From Octopus sinensis (taxonomy: Eukaryota), in contig NC_043001.1 of the NCBI RefSeq assembly GCF_006345805.1, positions 28,272,001 to 28,336,000 of the forward strand: a stretch of 64,000 nucleotides of DNA. The letters run 5' to 3'. The translations under genes were made by a program, and so were the position numbers. Shown here one piece after another: positions 1 to 12,792 of this stretch (positions are counted from its first letter, which is position 1; each line of letters opens with the position of its first letter). The notes beneath the pieces are model-generated. The model made no database searches and was not told the DNA's origin. It worked only from the letters and a program-made list of their open reading frames with translations.

Positions 1-252
1 AAGAACTAGGTTGTTGTTTTTTTTTATTACTACATTTTGCTATTATTTTGTCGTTAACCAGGAAGTTGTTTTGATAAGAAAACTGAACAAGCTTATAGTT
101 TATGTTGTACAAGAATTTAATCGTAAATGTAAACTCTTCAATATATTACTTCTGCAAATACAACGATTTTTCCTGAATGACTCTGATAAACATCTGATAT
201 TTACAGAGAAGATTGAGTGTGTATATGTGTCTGCTCGTGTGTGTGTGTGTGT

Positions 253-287
<35 letters not shown>

Positions 288-702
288 ATTATCATTATTT
301 GTTTTCTTGTAAGGAGTCATCCCACGGTTAAATGTTGAATAATTGGAAGCATTCTAAGATTAGGCAAAAACATTCCAAAAGTACAAAAATGGAAACAAAT
401 AAAAAAAATAATAATAATATCAATGCTAATAATAATACAAGAAATTTCTTCCTTTTTAAACCAACAATGAATTTAATGGAGCCAAAAAGTTATCAAATGG
501 AGAAACAAGTTTAATTTCCTTTGAGATGCTTCCATTCCGTTTAAGCGTGACCAATCTATGCTTTTCAAAGTTTCTTCGATAGAATGCCAATTAAGAGACC
601 GGGTTTTGATTAGACAGATCAAACGCCCTCTTGTAAACCAACTGAAATAAATGCTTGCATTTTAGTGTAAATATTGACATAACTTTGGTTGTTTTCCTTC
701 CA

Positions 703-791
703 TCAGTATCTAAATTCTTGTCCGACAGCAACTGCGAACATAGACCTACGTCCGGCATTTCCTTCGAGTGTAGAAAACCAGTCGATAAATG
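703..791 (-). CDS. Candidate terminal coding exon (AFIDWFSTLEGNAGRRSMFAVAVGQEFRY*), unidentified
   Basis: Minus-strand acceptor cgtttcgtttcAG, open frame to TGA at 703-705, phase compatible with the candidate exon at 1647-1689. No homology recognised. Confidence 0.25.
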
Positions 792-1646
792 CTGAAACGA
801 AACGATTCAGGCGTCCCTATTGACTTGCGTGAATGAACTTCGGCTCTTGTGTAATAATAGATCCAAACACTGGTGGGGTGAGGTGGGGGGAAGATGGGGC
901 TGGGGTTGATAATTGGAAACCTGATTACTTCGGTGCATGTCTTGAATGAAACCTTGTATTTTCTATTTGAATAGACACAGTGTCTCCCTTAGGAAAAAAC
1001 GAAAATATAAAGTAAGGAGGAAAACTTAATCCAACTTAGCAAAGTCATCACTACTGCAATAAATAATACGAAAATAAAATGTAAGTAAACTATGTTAATC
1101 GTTTTTTTGTGTTATTTTGTTGTTGTTTTTTGTATTTTTGCTGTTTTCCCTAATTTTACAAAGATAATTGAAGTGATGGTGGTTGGTTGTATTGGTTTCT
1201 GAGTTTGTCAAATATTGAGCAAATTTTATTATGGTGGTAATGTAATATGTGATAATAAAAGTAATGGAAGTCTATTAATATCTTTCCTATTTTAGAAGAT
1301 ATTATTATTAATTCATAAAATTCAGATTTAAAATGAAAATAAATGAATAGAATAAATTACACATCGTTATACATAAAAAATGCTATAATAAAATATATAA
1401 TATCATCACCGTGTTATAAGAAAATATTGAGAAAATCATGAAAGGCAATACAGAATACTATTCGTCTCCAATCTGCCTTTTTTAAAAAAATGAAAAAAAG
1501 CTATAATTTATAACAATAAAACTGTGTACGACTTGTGGATCTACATAAAAACAAGTGCAGACGCCTGAATGTTCTATTTAAAGAAAATCACAAATAAGCA
1601 AGGGTGAGGTAAGGCAGCGCATTGATTATTGTAACCCCATCCTGAC

Positions 1647-1689
1647 CTCGATGGGTGACGTCGACGGAGTTGGTAGTCAGTTTGATCAT
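1647..1689 (-). CDS. Candidate 43-nt exon (MIKLTTNSVDVTHR, phase 0 to 1)
   Basis: Acceptor ttcacttacAG and donor GTcagg. The same ctgtaagtg site also reads as a plus-strand donor, so the strand is ambiguous. Confidence 0.22.
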
Positions 1690-1828
1690 CTGTAAGTGAA
1701 TTCCTTCAGAAGAAATATAGGCAAATAATTTTTTTCAGTGGGGTGAACTTCTGTGGTGAAATGACTGGAAAAGCATACTTTGTGCGTGGGGCGTACGAGA
1801 GAGTGCGGGAGGGAGATTTTGGGTGCAT

Positions 1829-2049
1829 TACGAGGGGTGCTGAAAAGTTCCTGGCTATGGATAAAAGAAAATACAGAAGGATCAGTTAATTATGGTTCTA
1901 TTCCACATACTTCCCTCTCAGATTCACACATTTATTGCAGCGGTCCTTCAGTTTTTCTAAACCCTGTAAAAGAACTCGGAAGGATGGGCCTCCAACCAAG
2001 CCTTTCGCAACACCCTAAAAAGCTAGGAACTTTTCAGCACCCCTTCGTA
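1829..2049. mobile_element. Tc1/mariner-type MITE
   Basis: TA-flanked TIRs: TAcgaggggtgctgaaaagttcctggct ... agctaggaacttttcagcaccccttcgTA. Confidence 0.85.
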
Positions 2050-2084
2050 CATGGATGTGGACGATTTTAGCTCAGTTAAGAGTA

Positions 2085-2397
2085 AACACATAGCTTAGTG
2101 GTTAGGGCATTCGACACACGATCGTAGATCATGAGATCGATGTCCGGAGGCGCATGGCATTCTTAAGCAAGACATTTCATTTTACTTTGCTCCCGCCGAC
2201 TCAGCTAACAAATATGAATAGCAGCTGTATTTGAAAGGGCCAACCTTAACACATTCTGTTACGCTGAATCTCCCTGAGAACTACGTTAAGTGCACGCGTG
2301 TCTGTGGAGTGTTCAGCCACTTGCACATTAATTTCACGGAGCAGGTTGTTCTGTTGATAAATCAACTGGAACCCTCGTCGTCGTAACCGACGGCTTA
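2085..2397 (+). mobile_element. tRNA-derived SINE family C (other copies or fragments: 3340-3445 +, 13750-14060 +, 27115-27345 -, 35085-35392 -, 39315-39560 +, 52930-53130 +)
   Basis: A-box-like tagcttagtggttag, B-box-like gatcgatg/gttcgattcc, central gtccttgagcaagacact motif, shared 3' tail ending cctcgtcgtcgtaaccgacgg. Confidence 0.85.
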
Positions 2398-3050
2398 CTA
2401 AGAAGGGGAGATCGATCTTGTTACAGTAAAGAAACCGAAAAGAAACCGACAGGTGTGTGAACTAATGATCGATTGCATTGCCAGGTGAGTTTCTTCTTAA
2501 TTTTCTCGATATTATTATTAGTGGATAATAAAATGTTAAGTTGACAGAATTGCTAGAGTGTCGAGGAAAATGCTTGCCGGTATTTCTTGCAGTTCTTTAC
2601 ATTCTGGGTTCAAATGCCACCGAAGTCAACTTTACCTGTCATCCTTACGGGGTCAATAAAATAAGTTATCAGTCAAGTACTGGGGGAGAAGGAATCGATT
2701 TATCCCACCCATCAAATATTAGAAAATAATATTGGTGCTAATTCAGTTTTATCGTCAGATAATCTGTGGCAGAGTAAATCTTCATTAAAAGATATTGCGG
2801 ACATCATCATCCCACCTTTTCGAAAATAGTTTAAGTCAAAGTCATCTAATACGTTCATTTTTAAGATGATAGGTTGTGATTTGAGTGTTTTGTACTACTA
2901 TCTCTAACAAATCAAGAGACCACATGGAGGTTCTCTTGTTGTATTATGGATTCTATCAAGGACTTTCGTGTGTGTAGCATCAGTACAGTTCCAGATGAGT
3001 GAACGAATGTTGATTTTAAACGGCCGTGTAGATATGTCTTGAAGTTTTAC

Positions 3051-3122
3051 CTCGATAACATTATATATCTCAATATATACTGAAATTACTAAAATTAGAA
3101 ATCCCAGGAAAATGATGACGGT
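3051..3122 (-). CDS. Candidate 72-nt exon encoding a hydrophobic helix (TVIIFLGFLILVISVYIEIYNVIE, phase 0-0)
   Basis: Acceptor gttttcttaaaacAG, donor GTaaaa, lies within ORF 2904..3158. AT-rich DNA can give hydrophobic translations by chance. Confidence 0.22.
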
Positions 3123-4084
3123 CTGTTTTAAGAAAACTTTATTGATAGCAGATTTCATGCAAGAGTTTAGTACGTGAAATTGCTGAGAGTGTTAAACAAT
3201 CAAACGTTAGTTTCGGATACTTGACCGCCATCAGGGTGATGAAGAAAGAGAGGGAGGCGGGGAGAGAGAAACAAAGAGATAGACAGAATGACAAACAGTG
3301 ATAGAAAAAGACAGAAATACGGACAGAGAGGGAGAGGGGCTAGGTTAATGGTACTCAGCCACTTGCACGTTAATTTCATGAGCATGCTGTTCCGTTGATC
3401 GGATCACCTGGAACCCTCGTCCTCGTAACCAACGGAGTGCCACGATAACTACACGAGGGAAAAGTACCATAAAGATCGAGATGAGCTATCGCGTGAAGTT
3501 TGGCTGGTGATCTGCCAATAACTCCGCCTCAGATGCGACCAGGGTTGAACCATGTCGTGGCTGGAAGTCCGTCATGCAGTGACTCGGGTTCAAGTCTCGC
3601 TACAGTGGAAATGATGATGAATGTGAGGAGAAAGAGAAGGTGAGTTATTTAGTGATACTACTGCTATAGATGCTATTATTGCTCGACTTGGTGCTGGGGA
3701 TTGATGGTTATTGTAATGGTGGTGGTCCCCTTGATATTACTTGTGTTAGTGAAGGCAGGGTTTGCTGCGTCGATAGTCTTAATCTGGTCAAGATTTTAGA
3801 AGGAGAGGATGAAGCTAGCGTTCATCCTGGTTGCTGGAGATATTCCAGATGACTGTGGCCAAAAGCAGAAAATTTCAAATTCAGCTGCACACAAATATGG
3901 AAATAAAGAAATTGTTTAAATATTATTAGTAGTAAGTAGTAGTAGTGGTTGTGGTGGTGGTGGTGGTAGTAGTAGTAGTAGTGTCGGAGATGGTGGTAGG
4001 GGTATAAGCCGTACTGGTACAAGGAGGTGCTTGAAGTGGTTGTAATGTAATAGTTGTTTTACTAGAAGTATTATTAATTATAAT

Positions 4085-4465
4085 AATCCTTCCTACTAAA
4101 GGCACACAGCCTAAAATTTCGGAGGAGAGGACTAGTCGATTGTAACGACTCCGAAAGGATGAAATGCAATGTCGACCTCGGTGGAATTTGAACTCAGAAC
4201 GCAGCGACCAGCGAAATAGCTATTTCTTTACTACCTGCAAGGGACTAAACACAGAGAGGACAAACAAGGACAGACAAGCGTATTAAGTCGATTATATCGA
4301 CCCCAGCGCGTAACTGGTACTTATTTAATCGACCCCGAAAGGATGAAAGGCAAAGTCGACCTCGGCGGAATTTGAACTCAGAACGTAACGGCAGACGAAA
4401 TACCTATTTCTTTACTACCCACAAGGGTAGACGAGATACTGCTAAGCATTTTGCCCGGCGTGTTA
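4085..4465 (-). mobile_element. tRNA-derived SINE family B (Meta-domain-like), multimeric copy
   Basis: Body ttctgagttcaaattccgccgaggtcgactttgcctttcatcctttcggggtcgat repeated head to tail; the gcctttcatcc...ggtcgataaa..agtacca core resembles the MetaSINE domain. Confidence 0.85.
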
Positions 4466-5177
4466 ACGTTAGTAGTTGAAATAATGCTGGCTGTGGTTGA
4501 GATGACAGAGGCCATACTAGTACTGGCGTTGCTTGTAGTGGTAGTGGTGGCTATTATATTTGTAGTAGCATCAATAGCAGTACTAGTAGTAGTATTAGCT
4601 GCAACAGCAGCAGTAACAAAAACATTAGCAGCATCAGTATAAGACAAAGACGGATAGCTAAATATTTGCCCGCCAATATGGACGGACGCTGTCCTTTTTG
4701 CTTTGCAACTAAAACGCTCGGTTGTTTGTAAGTTTGTGAACAGCTGTAGATCTCCCAGCCATTCTCTCCATACAATTCCTCGGCACACTCATACTAAGTC
4801 ATGCAAGCCAAACAACTCAAACAACACCCTACTTTTCCCTGACGCCTTCGTTCTCTAGCGTTGTTTGGTCATTAAGATATGGCGGAACCGGTCTTATAGA
4901 GTGAAAGCATATATTTTTTTTAACATCCTGCTTTTTCGTTTGTTTTTTTTTTTTGTTTTTTAGTCTCGTGTGTTTTTGCTTTGAATTCTATAACGAGGCA
5001 CAAAAGAAGAAAAACAGTTAGGTTAATATTATATAAATGTCTACAGAGCATCTTTCAGTGAAATACTATTGAAATAAGTCGATAGAACTAAAATAAATGT
5101 TTTCTATTATACATGTATGTATGTGTGTGTGCATGTATATGTATGTATGTATCTATGTATATATGTATGTGTATATC

Positions 5178-5550
5178 GACCCCAGTGTGTAACTGGTACT
5201 TAATTTATCCACCCCGAAAGGATGAAAGGCAAAGTCGACCTCGGCGGAATTTGAACTCAGAACGTAACGGCAGACGAAATACGGCCACGCATTTCGCCCG
5301 GCGTGCTAACGTTTCTTATTTCTTTATTGCCCACAAGGGGCTAAACATAGAGGGGACAAACTAGGACAGACAAACGAATTAAGTCGATTATATCGACCCC
5401 AGTGCGTAACTGGTACTTAATTTATCGACCCCGAAAGGATGAAAGGCAAAGTCGACCTCGGCGGAATTTGAACTAAGAACGTAGCGGCAGACGAAATACG
5501 GTTACGCATTTCGCCCGGCGTGCTAGCGTTTCTGCCAGCTCGACGCCTTG
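5178..5550 (-). mobile_element. SINE family B, two tandem copies
   Basis: Two consecutive units, joined within the head at gctaacgtttc|ttatttctttattgccc. Confidence 0.85.
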
Positions 5551-6549
5551 TGATAGAGAAATATTAATGGGCACAAACAGGCAAATATCAATACGTAGCA
5601 GTACTAATATTTATGTGCATAAATGTGTGTGTGTGTGTGTGTGCTTATGACAATATAGTATGTGTTTACAATATGAAAGTGGACGACACTCGAAGGATGA
5701 GGGGTATACGTTTGTTTGTATAGTAGTGTTATTTGCGTACATTGGATGAGAAAGAAGAGAGAAGAAGTGAAGAAAGGAGAACAAAACAGAAAGTATGGTA
5801 GTAGTCAGAGAGAGCACACGCTTTTAGTATTGTGTGAAACCTAGGCACACCACTCATATGATAATTGCCATATTCATCAGCCTGTTTTGTGTAAAGTTTT
5901 TGCTTTTTATTGTCTTATATTTTGTACTGCCTTAACAACAACAAACACGGTTTCAATATGTATTGAAATCGATGCTTGGGATGTAATTTAGTCATTGTTC
6001 TGTGGGAGATAAACATTAGTTCTTTTCCTTTAAAAGGAATCGCAATTTCATTCCGAGGAAATACCAGATTGTTGGTGTCGTTATATTGAACTATGAATCA
6101 AATATATTAATGGATTTTTTTTTTCTTTTCTTACTTAATCACAGAGTGTGAAATTTTTAAATCGGGTAGTGTTGTCATGAAAACTCAGATAATTTCTATC
6201 AGATTTGCAAATAGACAATGAAAGTCTAAAGAATTTCGAACGATATTTCGCCCTACATTTTTACTCTACATTCAGATATTGCCTTCATATCAAACTCGTT
6301 TTTAACAGATAGATCGGTTATTATCTGAGTGAGGTCAAATAAGATCAAAATTGAGATTACGAAATATCATCTGATGTATTTTAGAGAGAGATTTCTATTT
6401 CAGAAGGACACAGATATTTCCATCTATTCCAGTAGAAAAATATTCAGTATATTTATGATTCCAAATTTATCTATCAGGTGTTATCAACCAAAAAAAGAAA
6501 AACTAGTTAATAAATATTTCGTTTTTGGATTTGGTTTGTGTCTGAAAAG

Positions 6550-6850
6550 AGTCATTTTCTTTTTGTGTCTTATAATTTAACACACTCACCGGTAAAATTT
6601 CCTCTTATTTCTTATTCTTATTTCCCCAAAATTTTGAAGCATATTCTGTTGTGTCTAGGGAGTCATTTTCTTTTTGTGCCTTATAATTTAATACACTCAC
6701 CGGTAAAATTTCCACTTATTTCTTATTCTTATTTCCCCAAAATTTTGAAGCATATTCTGTTGTGTCTAGGGAGTCATTTTCTTTTTGTGTCTTATAATTT
6801 AACACACTCACCGGTGAAATTTCCACTTATTTCTTATTTTTATTTTCCTA
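6550..6850. repeat. 111-bp tandem repeat, about 2.7 copies
   Basis: agtcattttctttttgtg unit starts at 6550, 6661 and 6772; appears as a 37-aa repeat in ORF 6538..6900. Confidence 0.95.
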
Positions 6851-8301
6851 AAGTTTTCGTTGCATCTTGCAACATTTTCAATGTACTCAAAATATTTTAA
6901 TATGCACAGATAAGTATTTACTCGAAAGGTGAGCCTCATCTCTTTCAACTGAATTTGAGAACTTCATCGGAGGTAAATGATTGCTTCGAGAATGAACCAA
7001 AACACTTAAGTTTATCTCTTGTGTAATATCACATATTAAGTCTTATATTGTTTGGTGAGCCTCAAAATCTGTACATCAAGTATAGTATTAAATTTGGACA
7101 AATTCTCAAACCGTTGTGAGGAGCATAACTCGAACTTTTGAACAGATGTGTGTCAGTGAAGCATATTCCTCACTGTTTATAATAAGAATTGAGTACTTTC
7201 AAAGATTGTTCGAGGGAAGAAAGAAGTAATGAGTGGTTTTCCAGACAAAAAGGGTATAAATAAGGTGTTAAAAGGTAGAATTACAAAATTAAGTGGGACA
7301 TCATGGCGCATTCATATGTTAAACTCAGACTACATCTTATCGCGGACTGTAAAATTTGCAACAATCGCAGTAACATCTAAATTAGCAAGACAACCAAATT
7401 GTTTTGGTAGGAGAAAGAAGTGCCTTCTGTATATGTGGGAGTTTGACTGTATGTCAAATACATATGAACACATATTTTCGGAAGGCTTACAATGGAACTA
7501 AGGAATATATGTTTGAAGAATATGCGTGGGGTGGAACTGAAAGGAAGGAAGCGGTAACCGGATTTAAAAAATAGAACTTTTTATAGGTCAGTGGAACAGG
7601 AAGGAAAGAAGAACCGTGGTTTTTTGTTTTCTTTTTTCCGAAGGAAGGACGGACAACGCGTAGATTTAAGGGTACGAATGTGTGTCAATAATATGAATTT
7701 AAGTAGCGAACGTTGTTACTGCCGATGAGAAACTTACGGATGTCACATAATATAATTATCTTTCTACAATTTAAGCCAGAACAACGCTTCTATACGAAAT
7801 CAGTGTGGTGCGACTTTTCAGTGCCGTGACCTGAAAGGTAAGAAATATTGTTGTGGTACCCTTAATATGTTGTTGATAATTTTGATGAGATGATTCTTGT
7901 CCTTAAGTCATCTGATTAAATTTGTCTACTTCTACAGAGGTATACATTAGTTTACTGAGCCAGAAAGCTACACGAAGAAGAGCGATAATAAATATAATCA
8001 TTATCAGTAAATTTCAGATAGCAGCTTAGCAGTAGTTTTTAATTAATGAATTTTATAGGTAAGTATGTGTAGAGTTACATTTTATCCTATTGCATAATAA
8101 CTAAATGAAACGTGGCTTTCAAATGAATATAAGTTTCCATCTTTTACCTACAGCTTTGTTTATATTTTACATACACTCTACACCGCGGAACACTCCCTTC
8201 ATTAGCTGTTGTCTGAAGATTACAACCACTCCGGCACCTACTGATGCTTTTGCTCCTGCCGTTTGTTCCAAGTTGCATTGATGATACAAGAGAATATCTT
8301 A

Positions 8302-8540
8302 TTTCTTATTTCTTTATTGCCCATAAGGGGCTAAACATAGAGGGGACAAACAAGGATAGACAAAGGGGTTAAGTCGATTACATCGACCCTAGTGCGTAAC
8401 TAGTACTTACTTTATCGACCCCGAAAGGATGAAAGGCAAAGTCGACCTTGGCGGAATTTGAACTCAGAACGTAGCGGCAGACGAAATACGGCTACGCATT
8501 TCGCTCGGCGTGCTAACGTTTCTGCCAGCTCACCGCCTTC
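8302..8540 (-). mobile_element. SINE family B monomer with 15-bp TSD
   Basis: TSD acaagagaatatctt on both sides (about 8285-8299 and 8541-8555). Confidence 0.92.
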
Positions 8541-9220
8541 ACAAGAGAATATCTTGGTTGTTTTTGGACCTCACTATTGCATATTGTTACCCTCTGTTAT
8601 CCATGAGGCTACGACACCAAACTGGGAGCAGTTGCAGCAATTCCAGTCATGCAGAAGCTACTTTGTTATGCAACAAGCTGGGCTTTTTTTCATTAGGTGT
8701 TTGTTTACCTGGAATATAGTGTAATTATGTCAAACACATGACCTATTTAAGAACTTCAAACCAATGAACATAAATGTTTTCCTGTATGCCAAAAAGAACA
8801 GGGTCAAAAGTCACGATAGTCCAGATGTCTGCATTTATGATGCATTCTATAATTTGGTTATGGATCTATCTTGGAGATTTTGCGCAAAAACAACCCAAGA
8901 AAATGGTTTACACGCACCATTCTGTATTGGTGACTAAAAGATAAGCTTGTCTAACAGACTATAGAATTTTAAATATATATATTTGCTTTAGTGAATATTG
9001 CTAGGTGTTGAAGAAGCGATAGATAACTGGGTAGGTATGATATACATTTTTATTTGGTTTAACCTCAGCTTCAGTAGAATCAAGTCATACGTTCTCTCTC
9101 GTTATACATTACGTAATGCATAACTGTCGTTGTACTTTTTGTTTATCTCTGAGGCATCCCTGCTTGAGCAGATCTATTATTAATCCTGCAGCAATTGAGA
9201 GAACAGCTTGTCTTTTTTAA

Positions 9221-10492
9221 CCCCCTTTTTTTTTACTACCCACAAGGGGCTAAACATAGAGGTGACAAACAAGGACAGACAAACGGATTAAGTCGATTAC
9301 ATCGACCGCAGTGTGTAACTGGTACTTATTTAATCGACCCCGAAAGGATCAAAGGCAAAGTCGGCCTCGGCGGAATTTGAACTCAGAACGTAACAGCAGA
9401 CGAAATACCTATTTCTTTATTACCCACAAGCGGTTAAACATAGAGGGGACAAACAAGGACAGACAAACGGATTAAGTCGATTACATCGACCCCAGTGCGT
9501 AACTGGTACTTAATTTATCGACCCCGAAAGAATGAAAAGCAAAGTCGACCTCGGCGGAATTTGAACTCAGAACGTAGCGGCAGACGAAATACGGCTACGC
9601 CTTTCGCCTGGCGTGCTAACGTTTCTGCCAGCTCACCGCCTTTCTTTTTAAACCCCCTTAATGGATCAATTATTTTGACATGGCTTTGATTTCAGAGTAT
9701 TTTTTAAAATTTCCTTTTTTAATTATATACACTGTGTTAATTACAAAAAAAGATTTTTTATCTTGTTTTTTATTATAGAAATTAAAATGCACTTTTATTC
9801 ATTTGGATTTAAACGAGTTAACTCGGACATTGAAAAAATATATATAACTTAACTATCTTCGATTTTTTATAAGATGCTTGCTTTTAAATCAAAGGAAATT
9901 TTTTTTTTAATGAGATAGACAGTTTATTTAGAATGATAATTTTTAAAAAAGGAGTTACACACAAAGTTATCTTGCAGACATCACACATGTATCTGCTTTC
10001 TCTTTGAATCTTCTTTCCTTTAGCGTTTCTCTTCTCTGCGCATTTTGCACACTGTCTTGTAGGGTTCTTTTTCTTATCACTTGGTGGTATTTCCATGGGA
10101 AAGTGACCAACTGGGGAAAATCGTGTTGGATATGGGATCGGTGATGGTCTTTCTGGTTTCGTGGGAGGCAAAGAGGGCCAATATTTTATAATAATCTTGG
10201 TGATTATTTGCATTCTAAATTTCAGCAGTTTCATAGCAGAAGCTGAGGTTTCTAAAGATGCTTTATGCAAAACATAAGCATTCCAGATAGCCAAATCCAT
10301 CAAATGAAAAAAATACTTATTTTTTTAAACAACATGAGTAAATTCGTGATTGCTCAAAAATGAAACGACACAAAACAAATAAAATCGTTTGAGTGCTAAA
10401 ATTAAAAGTTAATTTTGACCGAGTATACTCGTCTGGTCATAAAAAGATACATTTGCTATGCACGAGTAAGCTCGGGGTAATCCATTTAGGGG
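9221..10492 (-). mobile_element. Internally deleted piggyBac (PGBD4-like) element retaining the transposase C-terminus and cysteine-rich domain
   Basis: ORF 9884..10303: MDLAIWNAYVLHK...HFPMEIP...RQCAKC...RESRYMCDVCKITLCVTP. TTAA sites at 9217-9220 and 10493-10496, TIR cccc(c)t(t/a)aatggat, subterminal cgagtNNNctcg palindromes at about 9813, 10420 and 10462. Confidence 0.9.
9232..9641 (-). mobile_element. SINE family B dimer inserted into a piggyBac terminus
   Basis: Flanks tcttttttaaccccctt and tctttttaaaccccctt duplicate the TTAA-CCCC end of the adjacent piggyBac. Confidence 0.85.
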
Positions 10493-11167
10493 TTAAGAAA
10501 GAAAGGCTGCTATTTCTTAGAGATCGAGAAACTACGCGTAAGCTTCTTGATGGTTCATATAATTAACATTTATACACTGTGGTATATGGACTTATTTGTT
10601 GGTTTTCAGATACCCTATGATATATAAGTTATTGACAATTAGAAAAGACGCCACTTGACGTAGCTTTGCTTACGGTTGCTCTAAAAAGAAACAAAAGCCC
10701 CAATCGTCAAACTGCCGGACGCATATTCTCTTGAACTGAAATAGCCATTACAGAAAGACTTACTGAGTTTACATAAACATCGTGTAATATTTCCTTCTTT
10801 TTCTGTATTTTTTAAACTATACTCTTCCATTCAACAAGATTAATTACTATCTCATGGCATACAGTTTCGTAGAATTTAAAGATGCAAAAATAATACGAAT
10901 GGATAGGACGGGATCAACATGGAGTTAAACATTGATAACCTTGTGACGATGACGAGTTGACTGCGTAGAAATTTATTTCTTTTTAATGCGTTTTTCGTAT
11001 TTGGATTGAGGATAAAATATCACTATACGATGTCCAGTATTCATTGCACTTCTTCCTCGCTGTCAAACCTCAATCTACCTCCCCCCTTTCTAACTAATAC
11101 GCTTTTCTTTATCACTTACCACTTTCTAGCCGTATCGTATATTCTTTCTCTGTCTGTTTTTTCTCCT

Positions 11168-11218
<51 letters not shown>

Positions 11219-11282
11219 GTACAACTATCTAGCTAATTACTCTGCAATCATTTTGCCTATTTGTTTCACTCTCCTTTCGTCT

Positions 11283-11331
<49 letters not shown>

Positions 11332-11395
11332 GCATGTGCGTGTACACACGCTCACACAATAATACATACGCATATGCGCGCACACATGCAAGCAG

Positions 11396-11427
<32 letters not shown>

Positions 11428-11844
11428 ACATATATATATATTAGAGAGAGAGAGATGCATATATATACACTTACAAACGTATATGTATACATACATATAT
11501 ATATCCCTCTCTTTCTCTCTCTCTCTCATATGCGTGTATTTACGAGGAATTTTTCGCTTAAACATAAATTGGAGCATTTTGAACTATTACTAAGTGCCTA
11601 TCCAATATAGACCATCCAACTTGGAGTGACTAATGCTTATTTTTGCATGACACACGTTAATGTATTGTAGTAGTTTCATTGTTATGCTGTTTGAAAATAA
11701 GCATGTATTTGTATACTCGGCTTTTAAAAGTAGTGGGGGAGCATCATAGCCATGTGTTGAGAGGGATTCTTTGGGGTTTGAATAATTCACCTTTGGAAAC
11801 ATGGGTGTTTCGTTCAACATCCTTAAACAACCCTTAATAATAAA

Positions 11845-12792
11845 ATACCCAAAGAGAGCGAATAATGCAGATGTTGACAAAGCCCCGACCCATCAATAGC
11901 TAATGGCCTTTGGCTTAAAATCTGAAACAGAAGGGTTTATCATAGCAGCTCAAGATCAATGCCTACCTACAAGGAACTACCAAGCCAACATATTAAAGAA
12001 CGGCAGAAGCCCAACATGTGGTGTATGTCAACAACAAAATGAAACCATTGACATGTCTCCAAGTGCAGTCTTCTTGCCCCTGCAGAGTATCTCAACAGGT
12101 ATGATAGAGCTGCACAATATATTCACTGGGTAATTTGCAAAAGCCTGGACTTGCCCCATGATAAAATCTGGTGGGAACACAAATCACATCCAGTGCTTGA
12201 AAATGATCACATCTCACTCCTCTGGAACTTCACCATTCCAACTGACAGAAAGATAGATGCAATTAGGCCAGACATCATATTGAAAGACTTCAGAAGAAAA
12301 CATGCCTCCTCATTGATATGACTGTCCCAATCGATATAAAAGTATATGTCAAGACCTACCAAAAACTGAGCAAATATAAAGATCTTGAAATAGAAATCAG
12401 CAAAATGTGGAACCTGAAGACTAAAACAATACATGTTGTCATAGGTGCCCTGGGAATGATGGTAAAAGGGGTTGATTGCTACCTAACTCAGATACTAGGA
12501 AACCCAAAAATCGCAGAAATTCAAAAGATAGTGCTCATAGGAACTGCTCATATCCTACGCAAAATACTTTCTATGTAATCTCAAGTTTTAAAACAAACAA
12601 TTTTCGTATGGTTTTTTAGACACTTACTAGTACAACACTAAGTACAAAACCAAATATATGGCACCCTAGGCATAACACCAACATGAACTTCCAACTTGTT
12701 GTCTCTTGAGGTCTCTGGGTGAGACTTGGAGCCAACTTGTACAAATGTAAAGCAAAAGTCAAACATAGAATAATAATAACAACAATAATAAT
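11845..12792 (+). mobile_element. 5'-truncated Dong/R4-clade LINE (zinc knuckle, restriction-like endonuclease, 3' UTR, TAA tail), frameshifted
   Basis: LKSETEGFIIAAQDQ, CGVC...ETID, RPDII and DMTVP..KLSKYKDLEIEISKMW..VVIGALG..GTAHILRKILSM* motifs; ends in aataataataacaacaataataatag. Confidence 0.92.

Noticed and set aside
2085-2160. tRNA-like heads here and at other SINE starts considered as tRNA genes
   Set aside because: They continue into SINE bodies and lack intact acceptor stems; no functional tRNA or rRNA gene was found
3480-3920. GC-richer unique sequence with plus-strand donors at 2485 and 3640
   Set aside because: Several frames look protein-like but no consistent spliced ORF could be built on either strand; left unresolved
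4378-4788. 136-aa Thr/Ala/Ser-rich mucin-like ORF
   Set aside because: Degenerate trinucleotide repeat running into a SINE; the GKYLAIRL resemblance to an RT motif is too short to call
5113-5364. Recurring peptide [26 protein letters not shown] in many ORFs
   Set aside because: Antisense translation of non-coding SINE family B, not a gene family
9232-9641. Repeated near-identical units that might suggest a CRISPR array
   Set aside because: Eukaryotic SINE multimers with no unique spacers
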